This document shows, piece after piece, positions 25,365-37,454 of a DNA stretch of 64,000 bases (the first letter of the stretch is position 1; every line of letters begins with the position of its first letter). The DNA comes from Eledone cirrhosa (lineage: Eukaryota). Position numbers and translations under genes: made by a program. Under the pieces are notes generated by a model, which searched no databases, was not told the DNA's origin, and saw only the letters and a list, made by a program, of their open reading frames with translations. The DNA lies in NCBI GenBank assembly GCA_964016885.1, contig OZ024742.1:45322001-45386000 (forward strand), in the 5' to 3' direction.

Positions 25365-27803
25365 TCGTCGTCGTCGTCATCATCATTGTTTTTATGTCCA
25401 TTCTTCTACGCTTGCCTTGGTTGGAAGGGTCTTCTTAGCACAGCATCTCTCCATTAGCTCTAGTGTGGCTTCCTTTCGTGGCATTTCCTGACACTTCTTC
25501 ACCCATTGATTATCATCCACGCATATCACAGGTCCATACTAATGCAGTCTTCTCTCCTGCACACCACCTTAGATTCCTCTTAAAACCAGTTTCTGCCCCA
25601 ATTCATCTAAGCTCTGCCCTTTCCTCACATTTTATTTGCACATATAACAGAGCATGGCTGCTTCATTTCTCGTATATCTTCTGCAGTCACTCTCCATGTT
25701 TCACTACCATGCAGCATCACACTTCACACATAGGAGCCTTACAGTCGTTCTTTTGTACATAGGGAGAAACCTTTTGTTATCAACAGTGGGAGTAGCTCTC
25801 TAAATGTTTTCAATCCTATCCTTATTCTAGCTATTAAGCTCTCAGAGCACCCTCCTCTGCTGCTAATTAAGTCACCTAGATAGCAGAAGTTATGGACCCT
25901 TCCTGTGACCTGAAGAGGTTTATATCACTGATGCTATTCTCCTTGATTACTCCAGTGCATTTCTACATACAAAGTTTTCCTTTCCAGTTAGTCTATCCAT
26001 TATCCCACTACATCTCTTGTGTCCCAAGATTTACATTGTGTACAACCTATGGAGTTTATGCCTACTCCTTTCCTACATATTGAGCAGGGTCACTTCCCTG
26101 AAGGGATGAGTGTCCTATCTTCTTTCCTATTCACTAACACTTTAGTTTTGGCTAAGTTTTCTCTCAGACCCTTTGATTCCAAATTCCGTTTCCAAAAACA
26201 GAACTTATTTTCTAGTTCTTTTACGGATTTCGCTATAATGACCAAATTATCTACATAGAGAAGTTCCCATGGACAGCCAATTTTAAACTCCTCTGTTATG
26301 GCCTGGAGAACTATGATGAACAGCAGTGGGCTAAGAACCAAACCTTGATGAACTCCTACTTGTTCCTTGAATTCCTCACTAAACTCACTTCCTAATCTCA
26401 CTTTATTAACAGCTCCCCTGTACATGCTTGCACTGCTCTCACAAGCCATTATTCTACACCTAATTTCCTTAAGGGCCATCAGATAATGGATCGAGGTACT
26501 CTGTCAAATGTTTTTGTAAATCAATGAAATCTAAATTCTTAGGTAGAAACTTCTCTTTTAGTTGCTGCACTAAGAAGAGGGCATCTGTAATACATTTCCC
26601 AGGCATGAAACCAAACTGCATCTTGTCTAATTTGACTCTTTCCCTAATTAGCTACACTATAACTCTTTCTGTCACTTTCAAAACTTGGTCCATTAGTTTT
26701 ATTTCTCTGTTGTTTCTCCTTTCTAGAGCATCTTTGCCCTTTTGTAGCAATCTATGATGGTACTGCTGCACCAGTCATTGGGTATGACTCCATTATGTAT
26801 TACCTTATTGACTATGCACATGACTAGTTTGACTCCTATTTCTCTCGATGCTATTAGCCTCTCAGCAACTATCTCTGATGGTCCTGCACTTTACCATTCT
26901 TCATCTCTTTGATTGCTTCTTTGACCCTATAACTGTCAACTTCAATAATTGGTCCTTCTGTTGGGTAAGTTGGGGACAGCTTCTCTTCCTCCCATTTATT
27001 CTCTACTTTCATCAATCTCTCATAGTAATATTTCCAGGCCTCTTTCTTTGTGGCATCATTGGTGCCAAATGTACCAACATCATTTCTAACAAATTTTCCC
27101 CAACATTTCAATTTACACTGACACACTGCCTTGCAATGTGAAACACTTCATGTCTCTGGTCCTCACATCTCAAGATGTTGTCCATCATTCTTTTCAGCCT
27201 CTCTCTGAACTGTGTATATCTGTCATCTAGCTTCTCTCTTAGCTATTTGGTACTGGTCTGCTACCCCCATTTTTCCAGTTGTACCATGCCTGTCTCATGG
27301 CTTTAATGGCTCTATCCACTGTGCTGTTCTACCACCAGGTCACCCTCTGTCTGGCTGGTGCTTTACTCCAACCGCAAGTCTCATCAGTGGTTTGCAAAAA
27401 GTTGTCATGTAGGAATTTCCAGTTATCCTCTACGTTATATGTACCTAGCGTGTCATCCCTCTCATCTACTGTATGGCCTTTCTAAACCTATATTTAACTG
27501 AAAGGTCTTTTAGCTTCCCAATCCCCTGTCTCTATATTTTCCTGTATATTTTGTTCTGACTTGTGTTTATTTTGATGTCGCTAATAACTAACTTGTGTTG
27601 GCTGGTACATTCTTCTCCATAGAAGGCCTTAGTATTTATTACAATCCATTTGTCTTTTTGTCTTACAAGTAAGTAATGAATTTGGCTTCTGTGTTCATTT
27701 GATTGTTATGAAATAAGGTGACTGGCTAGTTTCTGTAAATTTGTGTTGCAAATGGTTAGCTCATTCATGCCACAGAATTCTAGGAGCCTCAATCCCTCTT
27801 CTT
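25365..27803 (-). mobile_element. Decayed RTE LINE (family B-like)
   Basis: GVHQGLVLSPLLF, CPWELLYVDN and APE remnants; many stops. Confidence 0.88.
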
Positions 27804-27914
27804 ATCATTCATCATCATCATTTCATTTTACGTCCGCTTTTTCCCTGCTTGCAATGGTGGGACGGGAACTGATTCTGGCTTGATTTCTACAGCTGGATGT
27901 ATATATATATATAT

Positions 27915-28650
27915 GAGTATCGCTAAAAAGCTTTCTCCGATATTGTATTTATTTATTTACTCTTGGAGCAACAGATTCGAAAAAATTCCCAGTATAAGGT
28001 CAGCATTTCTTTGTTTATTTTTTATATATGAATATTGATTGTTCCTTATATCTCATTCTGTTATTTTGCCCGAGAAAATATCTGTGTGTCATCAAATGTT
28101 GTACACACATAGATATTTTTTCAATTTCCAATTGAATTCTTAACACGTGGCCTGAATTCCTTTCAGAATTCATTGTCATGCGCATGTATTGTTTTTTTGG
28201 TGGTAATTTACTTCCTCATTTTTTTAATCAGTTTGAGCACTTCTTTAAAACTGCTGGACTGGCAACCTGACAGATACTTCAGGCACAGAGGATGATGATT
28301 ATCGCTAAATGCTGATGTTGGTTAGATTATCAATATCAGTATTATTGGGGCACCCACTGATGAATTATAGGAGCCCACTTGAATATATATCTCTTGATGG
28401 TATACAAGCTCCTACATAAATTGGTATAATTTCACCCAAATTGTAGGAATCCTATAATGAAACGAGACGTCCGTCTGGGAAGAGATATATTAGATATGTC
28501 TCATATGAAATAATACAGCCAATTTTCCACGCAATACTTTCAGTTAGCACCCCGAACGCATAATTGGGAATATAATCACTTATTTCCTAATGTTTGTTGA
28601 ATGAGTTGGAATTTGGCCGGAGTATCGCTAAAAAGCTTTCTCCGATATTG

Positions 28651-28657
<7 letters not shown>
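27915..28657 (+). mobile_element. 705-bp non-coding unit with 38-bp terminal direct repeat and internal hammerhead
   Basis: gagtatcgctaaaaagctttctccgatattgtatttat at 27915 and 28620; (TA)n on both sides. Confidence 0.75.
28353..28479 (+). ncRNA. Type I hammerhead ribozyme with long stem II
   Basis: Stem I CCCA/TGGG; CTGATGA 28357-63; stem II ATTATAGGA/TCCTATAAT; GAAA 28459-62; stem III ACG/CGT with a GACGTC palindrome in the loop; GUC site at 28475. Confidence 0.8.
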
Positions 28658-28694
<37 letters not shown>

Positions 28695-28695
<1 letters not shown>

Positions 28696-29170
28696 AAGGT
28701 ATATATTGAGTTAGAAACCCAAAATAGTCTCTTACAATAAAATAGCTCTAAGAAAGAGATTTTTCCGAGCCGTATATTATAATTGAATATAAAAGAAAAA
28801 CGAAGACAGATATATACATATATGTATTCAAATCGCATGTGCGTTATTATATATAGCACACTATTCAGTTTCTTAATATACTTAGAAGTGTCTAGGGTAC
28901 TAACTTTTCACCCACTGATGAGCAAGAATTGGTATTTCTATTCACAATTAATATTGCGAAACAACACCAAGAGTTGTCTGGGTGATTGGTAGTTACCACA
29001 ATTCCAGTTTGTATTTATTTTCTTGATTTATTCTTAAATTGGGACAGGCAAATCCTATTGTCTATAGTTAGTATTCTTTTCACCTTAGCGACTCTGGTCC
29101 CTTGCGATTTGAACACATATATGTATATATCTGTGTTCGTTTTTATTTTATATTCAATTATTATATATAT
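28695..29170. mobile_element. PLE-type fold-back insert carrying a hammerhead
   Basis: 28773-28837 is inverted to 29103-29167; (TA)n flanks. Confidence 0.75.
28908..28985 (+). ncRNA. Canonical type I hammerhead ribozyme
   Basis: Stem I TCACCCA/TGGGTGA; CTGATGA 28915-21; stem II GCAA..TTGC; GAAA 28958-61; stem III ACAAC/GTTGT; GUC site at 28978. Confidence 0.9.
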
Positions 29171-29302
29171 TTATATATATATATATATACATTTATATAC
29201 ATATCACTTGAACCAACTTATCCTCATGAAGTTACAGCATAACATCAATGTATCTCTTATCTTCTGCAATATATACATATATATACATTGTTTTATATCT
29301 AG

Positions 29303-29392
29303 ATACTACAAATAAACAAGATGAAATCATCAGTGTAAGGACAACTATAAATTCCCAACAATTTTATTTGGATGAAAATACATCAACTGATG
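29303..29392 (+). CDS. Host gene 1 exon: Ser/Thr-rich stalk
   Basis: ttttatatctag| ... G|gtatgt, 90 nt, phase 1/1; DTTNKQDEIISVRTTINSQQFYLDENTSTD. Confidence 0.65.
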
Positions 29393-29486
29393 GTATGTGT
29401 TACTATAATTTACTGTATGTATGGGGGACTGTACTTATAAACATGGCCTAGTAGTTAGGGTATTCAGCTCATAATCATAAGGTCAT

Positions 29487-29853
29487 CATCATCATCATCA
29501 TCGTTTAACGTCCATGTTCCACGCTTGCATGGGTTTGGACAGGGGTTTCCCACTTGAGGCAAGAGTGGTTGTCTTGCTCGCATAGGACTGTCTGGCGGGT
29601 TTTCTACAGCTGGATGCCCTTCCTAACACCAACCACATTTACAGTGTGGAACTGGGAGGTTTTTACCGTGTTGCCTACACGGTCACATTACAGCGTGGAC
29701 TGTGTGTTTTTTTGTCTTGACACCTACACGATCTCATTTGTTTCGGCCTGGATGTTGTGGGACCAACATAACTTTGCATTGAAAGGGGCGGTGTGGATGA
29801 GGTGGGACGGGGGTGTATTTTGTTAGAGATGCCTACTGACTAGTAGGTTTTAC
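29487..29853 (-). mobile_element. RTE-A 3' UTR insertion into an older SINE (~29440-30350)
   Basis: Matches 3727-4100; flanked by the direct repeat aggtcat (TSD). Confidence 0.88.
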
Positions 29854-30019
29854 AGGTCATGAATATAATTTCTGATGGTGCATTGTGTTCTTGAGCAAGA
29901 CACTTTATTTCACATTACTCCACTCCACTCAGCTGGAAAATATCAGTTGTGCTTACAATTCAAAAGATCAGCATTGTCACATTCTGTGTCATACTGAATT
30001 TCCTTGAGAACTAGGTTAA

Positions 30020-30224
30020 CCCTTTAGCATTTACAATACACTATATATACTATTGTATTTTCATGGTAAAGGCTTTACCTCACATAATATCAAATCTATG
30101 AGATTTTGATATTTATTTTGAAAACAATGCCTTAATATTGGTACAAGTGGCCGGTTACAGCCGGTTTGAACAGAAAGAGGTGAGAGAATTCCGGCTGGAT
30201 ACAGCCAGTTTAAATGCTATGGGG
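30020..30224. mobile_element. piggyBac-type MITE
   Basis: TTAA|CCCTTTAGCATTTA ... TAAATGCTATGGGG|TTAA; further copies at 56348-56563 and 62124-62313. Confidence 0.85.
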
Positions 30225-30595
30225 TTAAGGATACATATGTGTGGAATGGTCTGCCACTTGCATATTAATTTCCTGAGCAGGCTGTTCCATAGATTGAATC
30301 AACTGGAACATTTGTCATCGGAACCAATGGAATGCCAACAACTTATAAATAACAATAAAATAACGGTTCCCTAGTATAAAGGATTCCTTCTTTTTAAATG
30401 AATCTTTCCATGGACCTCGTGCCCAATAAGATTGCTCCCCCTCCCAGATAATACAGTGAGAATAACAATTGAATAAGGGAAATGTTTATACTTTCTACAG
30501 ATATAGGGATTAAAAGGAACTAAAAAAAAAAGATATATATATATAAATACACATATATATAAATAAACACACACAGACATATATATATATATATA

Positions 30596-30891
30596 TCATC
30601 ATCATCATCATTGTACGTCCGCTTTTCCCTGCTTGCAAGGGTGGGACGGGTCCTATTCAGCACAGCATCTCTCCACTTGTCATGGTCCTTCATCATCTCC
30701 TCCGTGAGTTTCAGCGATCTGAGGTCTGCTCTCACCACCTCCGCCCATGTTTTTCGTGGTCTACCTCTGTGGCGTCTTCCTTCTACTGGGATTTCTTGGC
30801 ACTTCTTTACCCAGCAGTCATCCTCCATGCGCATCACATGTCCATACCATCTCAGTCTTCTCTCCTGCACACCACAACTTATCCCTCTTAT
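30596..30891 (-). mobile_element. RTE family B 3' fragment
   Basis: QERRLRWYGHVMRM...RTRPTLASREKRT plus (gat)n tail. Confidence 0.9.
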
Positions 30892-31187
30892 AAGTTAAGT
30901 GGACAAAGCCACAGAAGCCACCACAACAACAAAAATACAATTAGGTTAAATAACAAACCTGAACCTTATCGAAGGATATTATACAATATGCTCGATTGGT
31001 TTCTGGCAATCCAAAATCAATAATCCAACTTGCGCAATATGCAAGTTTGTGGCAATTGTAGACTGAAACGCGAACCCACGTTATCAACAGGTTTCCGTTC
31101 TGTGCCTAAGACCCGGTATGAGGTGTCGCCATAAATGACTATAGTAGCACCCACTGCATCGCTGCCACATCGCTGCCAGCATATATA

Positions 31188-31221
<34 letters not shown>

Positions 31222-31296
31222 CGTATCCTGGGTTCAATTGGGGGTAACCACAGTAAGTAAGGTACATAGCAGAGTATAAATATTTAATATAGAAAT

Positions 31297-31348
31297 GGCT
31301 TCTACAGGACTAGAACTGTTTCATTCAGAGGAAATCATCAGGAAAGCC
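31297..31348 (-). ncRNA. Near-canonical type I hammerhead
   Basis: Reverse complement GGCTTTC CTGATGA TTTC-CTCT-GAAT GAAACAG-ttctagtc-CTGTA GAAGCC; first stem II pair mismatched. Confidence 0.7.
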
Positions 31349-31454
31349 TATATATATATATCGACAGTCGATCGACAAGATCCCAGACCTCGTCAAATCG
31401 GACAAATGAAACAACAATGTTTCCATTGGTCTTTCCAATTGCTATATATATATC

Positions 31455-32060
31455 TAGGGCGGGTAAAATTCCTGAGATCCAGGGACAAGTTCTCTCCAGC
31501 GGTCTCTGTCCTTCATCATCACTGCCATGTCCTCCAAGAGACTAGTGTCTCTTGGAGACGAAGGACATGGCGGTGTCCTTAAGGCATCAATATATATCTA
31601 CCTCGGTCTCCCTCTTCTAGTGTATCCATGTAGAGGCTCTCACAGGAGCACTGAGTGCAGTGTAAACTCTGAATGTCAGTGAGCATGTCTAGCTAACCTC
31701 AATCTCCCATACAACTCTCAGTTCTTCATCCTCAGTGTATACTGATTAATGTTTAGAGCCATCCTCAGCATTCTCGTGTAGCACCCATCCACCATCTGAG
31801 AGAGTTTCTTGGTTAGTGTCCAAGTCTTAGACCAGTACAGTAGCACAAACTCCACTGTAGCAACAAAGAGACAGATCTTCAGGTCTTTACAAAGGTCCGA
31901 CTTTCACACCTATCTCAAACTGTGGCATGCTGCCTAGGCTTTGCTCTTTCTCTCAACCACATCATCCTCTGTGTTCCCAATCTTTGCTCCCAGATACAGG
32001 AAGTCCTCAACCAACTCTAGTGGCCTCCCGCTAACATCCATAAGCTTTTTAATATTCTCT
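31455..32060 (-). mobile_element. Old RTE-like C-terminal fragment
   Basis: Reverse complement reads VEDFLYLG and TVEFVLLYWSKTWTL. Confidence 0.6.
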
Positions 32061-32350
32061 ACCAGGTACTTTGTCTTAATCTCATAGTTCTGGTGACAAA
32101 CATAGTGAAAGAAGCAGAGGAGTTGATGCAGGAGGTGGAGACTGCGTCGATGAGTGTGGGACTGAGAATATATATATATATATATATTAGAATTGGTGCT
32201 CTGAAATAGCTATATATATATGAATGTATATATAGTGTATTTTGCAATACACTGTATGCTTAATTAAAAGCATTTCGAAGACCTTATGCTATTGTTTTAG
32301 AGTAGTGACAGACTCACTTACTTTAATTTTCAGCAAACAGGGGGAGATAA

Positions 32351-32395
32351 AGCTGACAAGGCCTTGTTTCGCATTTATTGATGCTTATCAAAGCC
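32351..32395 (-). ncRNA. Type I hammerhead, U3-A8 variant (mirror copy)
   Basis: Reverse complement of 32537-32581. Confidence 0.75.
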
Positions 32396-32536
32396 AACTA
32401 CTCCTCCTGTTTGCACCAATTCTAATTTTCAATTTCTGCTTGACCGGCAACCGTTCTGTATAATCAGTTCCTGATTATTTACTAGAATTCTATAAGAACC
32501 AAACATCCATGATTTCAGCAAACAGGAGGAGTAGTT

Positions 32537-32581
32537 GGCTTTGATAAGCATCAATAAATGCGAAACAAGGCCTTGTCAGCT
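32537..32581 (+). ncRNA. Type I hammerhead, U3-A8 variant
   Basis: GGCT TTGATAA GCAT-caataa-ATGC GAA ACAAGGCCTTGT C AGCT; stem I extends through tttcagcaaacagg/cctgtttgctgaaa. Confidence 0.8.
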
Positions 32582-32789
32582 TTATCTCCCCCTGTTTGCT
32601 GAAAATTAAAGTGAGTCTGTCACTACTCTAAAACAATAGCATAAGGTCTTCGAAATGCTTTTAATTAAGCATACAGTGTATTGCAAAATAAACTATATAT
32701 ACATTCATATATATATATATATATATTAGAAAGTGAGTTTTTTTTACAAAACGAAAAAAAACGAGATGTCATAACACGGGTGAAAGTAC

Positions 32790-32895
32790 AAGGAAAAAAG
32801 ATGAAATCGAAAATGCAACTAGAGTCTTGTTTGGCACAGAGAGAATGTTGTGCCAAATAAGACTCCATTTGCATTTTCAATTTCATCTTTTTTCC

Positions 32896-32898
<3 letters not shown>
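32790..32898. repeat. Imperfect hairpin with arms of about 50 bp, in (TA)n
   Basis: aaggaaaaaagatgaaa..ttggcaca / tgtgccaa..tttcatcttttttcctt. Confidence 0.75.
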
Positions 32899-32935
<37 letters not shown>

Positions 32936-32949
32936 ATGTGTGTGTATGT

Positions 32950-33473
32950 ATTTATTCGTGAGTGAATAATATTATTAATATTCAATTTATTTGCAAGCAG
33001 GGTAATCACCCAGAAACATTAGTGTCTGCCGTTCTGTTTACATGCCAACACAAGAGCAAGAATAATGGGGTCATTCTACTGACATAGCTTTAAAGAAGCT
33101 GTTTGCATAATTGCAAACGAATTGAATATTATTATTAATATTAAAAAAACTCAGATTACGTTTATTGTATTCAGCCATGGAGGGCGATAAACTATTTGTT
33201 AGTTATTTGAATATGGCAAAGCCAGCCATTAATCGCTCGTATACATGAAACTGACTGGCTTATCTGCTGATATACAAATCTGGCTGATAAGTGGATCTGC
33301 TAATATGCAGATCTGACTGATCAGCTAATCTGCTAATATGCAAAGCAGGCCGATCAGCCACTGTATATTTTAGAAAATATCATATATTTTCACTAGCTGG
33401 AACCCAATCAATGTAAATTGCCGGTATTCTCTTATCATTTGTTAACCTTGGCAAAGCTGGGTACCTCAGCTAG
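32950..33473 (+). mobile_element. Probable Helitron 3' remnant
   Basis: Hairpin ccttggc-aaa-gctggg followed by CTAG|T at 33470-73; 5' end uncertain. Confidence 0.45.
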
Positions 33474-33589
33474 TATTGTATAAAGTGACTTACTGGTAAC
33501 TCCCTTCTGCCTAGGCTGGAGTGTAGTGGCATACATGGTAGAACCACTGTGATCCAATTCACTGCTCTGTCACAAGTGGCAAGATGCAG

Positions 33590-34985
33590 GGAAACATTGA
33601 GCCACATTACACCATCAAATTTTAATTTAAACTTAAGAAAATCAAACACGAAGCCTATGGAATGTTAGAAGAGACCCATGTGGGTGAATTGATGGGTAGA
33701 GTAAGTTTCTACAGATGGTTTAAATAACTTTCTGAAGGAAATGAACAGTATGAGAATGAGCACAGATCTGGAGCATCAAACAGTGCATGAGGAAAGGAAA
33801 GGAAAACATTGAGGAAATTGAAAGGTTAATTATGCAAGACTGTTGAGCTACTGTGAGGATGATATCTGAAGCTGTTAGTATTAGTATTGGCACAGTGGAG
33901 ACAATTCTGACAGAAAATCTGAAGCTCCACAAAGTCTGTGCCAAGTTCATGCCAAAGATCCTTTCTGATGACCTGAGGTCATTTTGTATGAAAAGATGTA
34001 CTGACATTCTTGATTTGATAGAGGCTGATTCTGGTTTCCTGAATAAAGTAGTGACTTGTGATGAGAGTTCAGTACTCACTACGACTCTGAGAGCAAAAGT
34101 AAAAGTGTCCAGTGGAAGCATGTGTCTTCTTCCAGGCCTAACAAGATAAAGATGAACAGTTCACAAAAGAAGGCCATGGTCATTCCATTCTTTAACTCTC
34201 AGGGACTAATTTACATTGATTGGGTTCCTGTAGGCTAAAGCATCTATAAGGAATATTACCCTGAAGTTCTGAAAAGGTTCAGGGAGAAGATGAGGAAAAA
34301 AAGCCTACAGTAGTGGAGAGTGATGGTTCCACCAGGACAATGCCCCATGCTACAAATCAATGCTGGTGACCACATAGATGACCAACAGGAGAATGAAAGT
34401 GGTACAACACCCATCCTACAGCCTTGGCCTGGCTCTTTGTGACTTCTTCCTGTTCCCATGTATGAAAGACAGCCTTAAGGGAATCAGATTTGAGTCAACA
34501 GTAGCTGAAGGAGGCATTGGTGAATTTCCTGATGGGACTGCAGAAGAAAGACTGGGAGGAGGTCTTCCAGGAGTGAGGAAGATGCCTATCTAGCATAGTT
34601 ACGTCCCTTTACGGTTTGAGTTCAAATCCCGCTGAGGTTAACTTTGCCTTTCATCCTTACGGGGTCGATAAAATAAAGTACCAATAATGTAGTGGGTAAT
34701 TGCTGGCCTTGTGCCTAAAGTAGAAACAATTATTATCAGTACGAAGTTGAACGCCATGCTTTGCAGCATAGAGTTACGGCCCTTTACGGTCTGAGTTCAA
34801 ATCCTGCTGAGTTTAACTTTGCCTTTCATTCTTACGAGGTCAATAAAATAAAGCACCAGTAATGCACTGGGGTAATTGCTGGCCTTGTGCCAAAAGTAGA
34901 AACAATTATTTTGAAGGAAACAAAGTTTTGTAAGCTTATGAAAATAAATAATGACTTTCCTAAAACTTATTGAACATACCTCATA
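33590..34985 (+). mobile_element. Decayed mariner interrupted by two tandem SINEs (34597-34910)
   Basis: KVCAKFMPKIL, FLNKVVTCDE, HPSYSLGLALCDFFLFP (YSPDLAP-like). Confidence 0.85.
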
Positions 34986-35423
34986 TATATCATCATCATT
35001 ATCATCATCGTTATCGTTATCGTTTTAACGTCCCCTTTCTCTGCTAGCAAGGACTGAATGGGTCTACATAAACCAAGTCAGTACTGAAGCAGGACTACTG
35101 ATCTCCCAGACAAGCCAAACACACTCACACACACAAAAACACACATACTCATACATAAGCACACTCATGAAGTTAAAGTAGAAAAAAACTTGCCCAAGGT
35201 GCAGCACAATGAAATAGAACCTGAAATCATGTTATTGTAATGTGAACTCAACAAGTCATCATCATCATCATTTTTACTTCCATTTTTCCATGCTTGCATG
35301 GGTTGTACAACATTTTTCAGCACAACATTTCTCCATTCGCCTCATTCCTTCATTATGTTATAACATATTTTATTCATTTAAAATATATTTATTTTATTTT
35401 ATTTTTGTGAATGCCTTTTAAAG

Positions 35424-35507
35424 GTTTCAGTGCTGACTTTACTTATCATATGTCGAAGGTTGATAGAAAGATATCTAATATACAGAAGAAAGATACACTA
35501 AAAACAG
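35424..35507 (+). CDS. Host gene 1 exon: juxtamembrane stalk
   Basis: ccttttaaag| ... CAG|gtatga, 84 nt, phase 1/1; GFSADFTYHMSKVDRKISNIQKKDTLKT; the other two frames hit stops. Confidence 0.6.
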
Positions 35508-36179
35508 GTATGAGTTTAATTAACTATGTAAGCTTGTAGAGGTTGTAAATTAGCTGAATTGTTAGAACATAGAGTAAAATACAGTATTTCTTCTGACATT
35601 CTTTCCTCTCAATTCAAATCTGCTATGGTGTCAATAAAATAAAATAAAATAAAATATTTTATTTTATTGAGACTGTCAATACCAGCCTAAGATGATGGTT
35701 TGGTGAGATTGTTAGAGTGTTGGTATTTTTTGTAACTTTTTTTGCATCCTGAGTTCAAATCTCGCTATTGCCGACATGAGTAGTAGACATAATCAGTTCA
35801 ACACAAGTAGCTGACACTTTGTTGCAAGCCTGCAGATGGTTTGAAGATACTTTCCTCCATTTCTTCACTCAGTCCCAGAAACCCTGAAAAGGATCAAGGG
35901 GACGGCCCTTCAAGCTATGACTAAATATTTAAGAGACAGATTCACTTAGACCCATATTAAAATCACCTCTGACTAACTTTTAATATAAAAATTAATATTG
36001 CAATGAACTCTTCCAATAACACCTGAGACATGTACCCAGATGCAGGTCTGGTAGTATGGTTAATAAATTAACTTCCCAATCACACGGTTCTGGGTTCAAT
36101 CTTATTGCATGGCATCTTGAGAAAGTGTCTCAAACCATAGCCTCAGGTGGATTTTGGTATATGGAAACAGTTGGCAAGT

Positions 36180-37454
36180 TCAATATATATATTATTTTTT
36201 CCAGCCAAAACTAATCCTGCATGGGCAAAATCCTTTGGTTGGAAGGTGATGCCACTCTTTCTGCGCATGCATGAATATTTTCATGCTGGTAGGCTGCATC
36301 AGTTCCTGGTTGTTCCGCCTAGAGTACAGATGTAAAGTGCACACACATCAGATTTTCATTTCCATGCAAAATGACTGAACACACTGAGCAGAGATATTAC
36401 ATCATGTTTTGTCAAAATCTTGGTGATACTCAAGCTCAAATCATCAGAAAATTCAGCAGGCTTTTAGCAATGATGCCATGAGAAAAACTCAGATCATGGT
36501 TGCACCTCAGTGGAAAGTGAGGCATGCTCAAGCAAGCCATCCACAAGCCAAAGCAAGGAGCTGATTAAGAAGGTTCAGTGAATAGTTATGGAAGACTTTT
36601 GTTTGACAATCCAAGAAATTGTTCACAAAGTGAAGATAAGCACAGGATTAGTGCATTCCATTTTAATGGGGGATTTGTGCATGCAGAGAGTGTCATTGAA
36701 ATTTGTCCTCAAGGTGCTGGCAGAACAGCAGAAGCAATTCTGAATGGAAATTACTCAGGACATGCTGGACTGTGAAAACCTTGACACAGATGTCAATCAT
36801 GTCTCATCGCCAGTGATGAAGACCATCCTCACTGGCTATGAGACATGAGACCAGAAACCAAGTTCCAGTCCTCCCAATGCAAGCATCCATCATCACCAAA
36901 GCCATAAAAGGCACAACAGGTTCACAACAATATGAAGGTAATGTTGACCTGTTTCTTTGACTCCCGTGGTATTGTGCATCAGGAATATGCACCACAATGC
37001 CAAACAATCAATAAGGAATAATACCTAGAAGTTACATGTCGCCTTTGTAATGCTTGAAAGCAGCCGGACATGTGAGCAGCGAAGAATTGGCAACTTCATC
37101 ATGACAATGCACCTGCTCATTCCCCCCCACATAATCCAAGTATTCCTGGTCAAGAACAACACACCACTTATTTAATAGGTCCCTACTCTTCTGATTTAGA
37201 ACTGTGTCACATCTAGCTCTTCCCCAATCTTAAAACCACATTGAAAAGGGAGTGATTTGAGTCACAAGAGGAAATTAGAAAAAAATGATGGCAGAGCTCC
37301 ATAGCATTCCAGAGAAGGTATTCTAGAGGTGTTATCAGCAGTGTGTGAACACCCAAGGGGAGTATTTAGTACGTGATTAAATAAAGTTTGTGAAATATAC
37401 AAAATGTTTTTTTTATATACCCAAAGATCAGATACTTTTTGAGCGCACCTTGTA
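36180..37454 (+). mobile_element. Decayed mariner
   Basis: HDNAPAH at ~37099, PYSSDL remnant, TIR-like end ctttttgagcgcaccttgta. Confidence 0.8.

Larger units (their letters stand above)
32222..32710. mobile_element. PLE-type fold-back insert, arms about 190 bp, hammerhead in each arm
   Basis: 32222-32414 is inverted to 32518-32710 with very few differences; (TA)n flanks. Confidence 0.85.
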
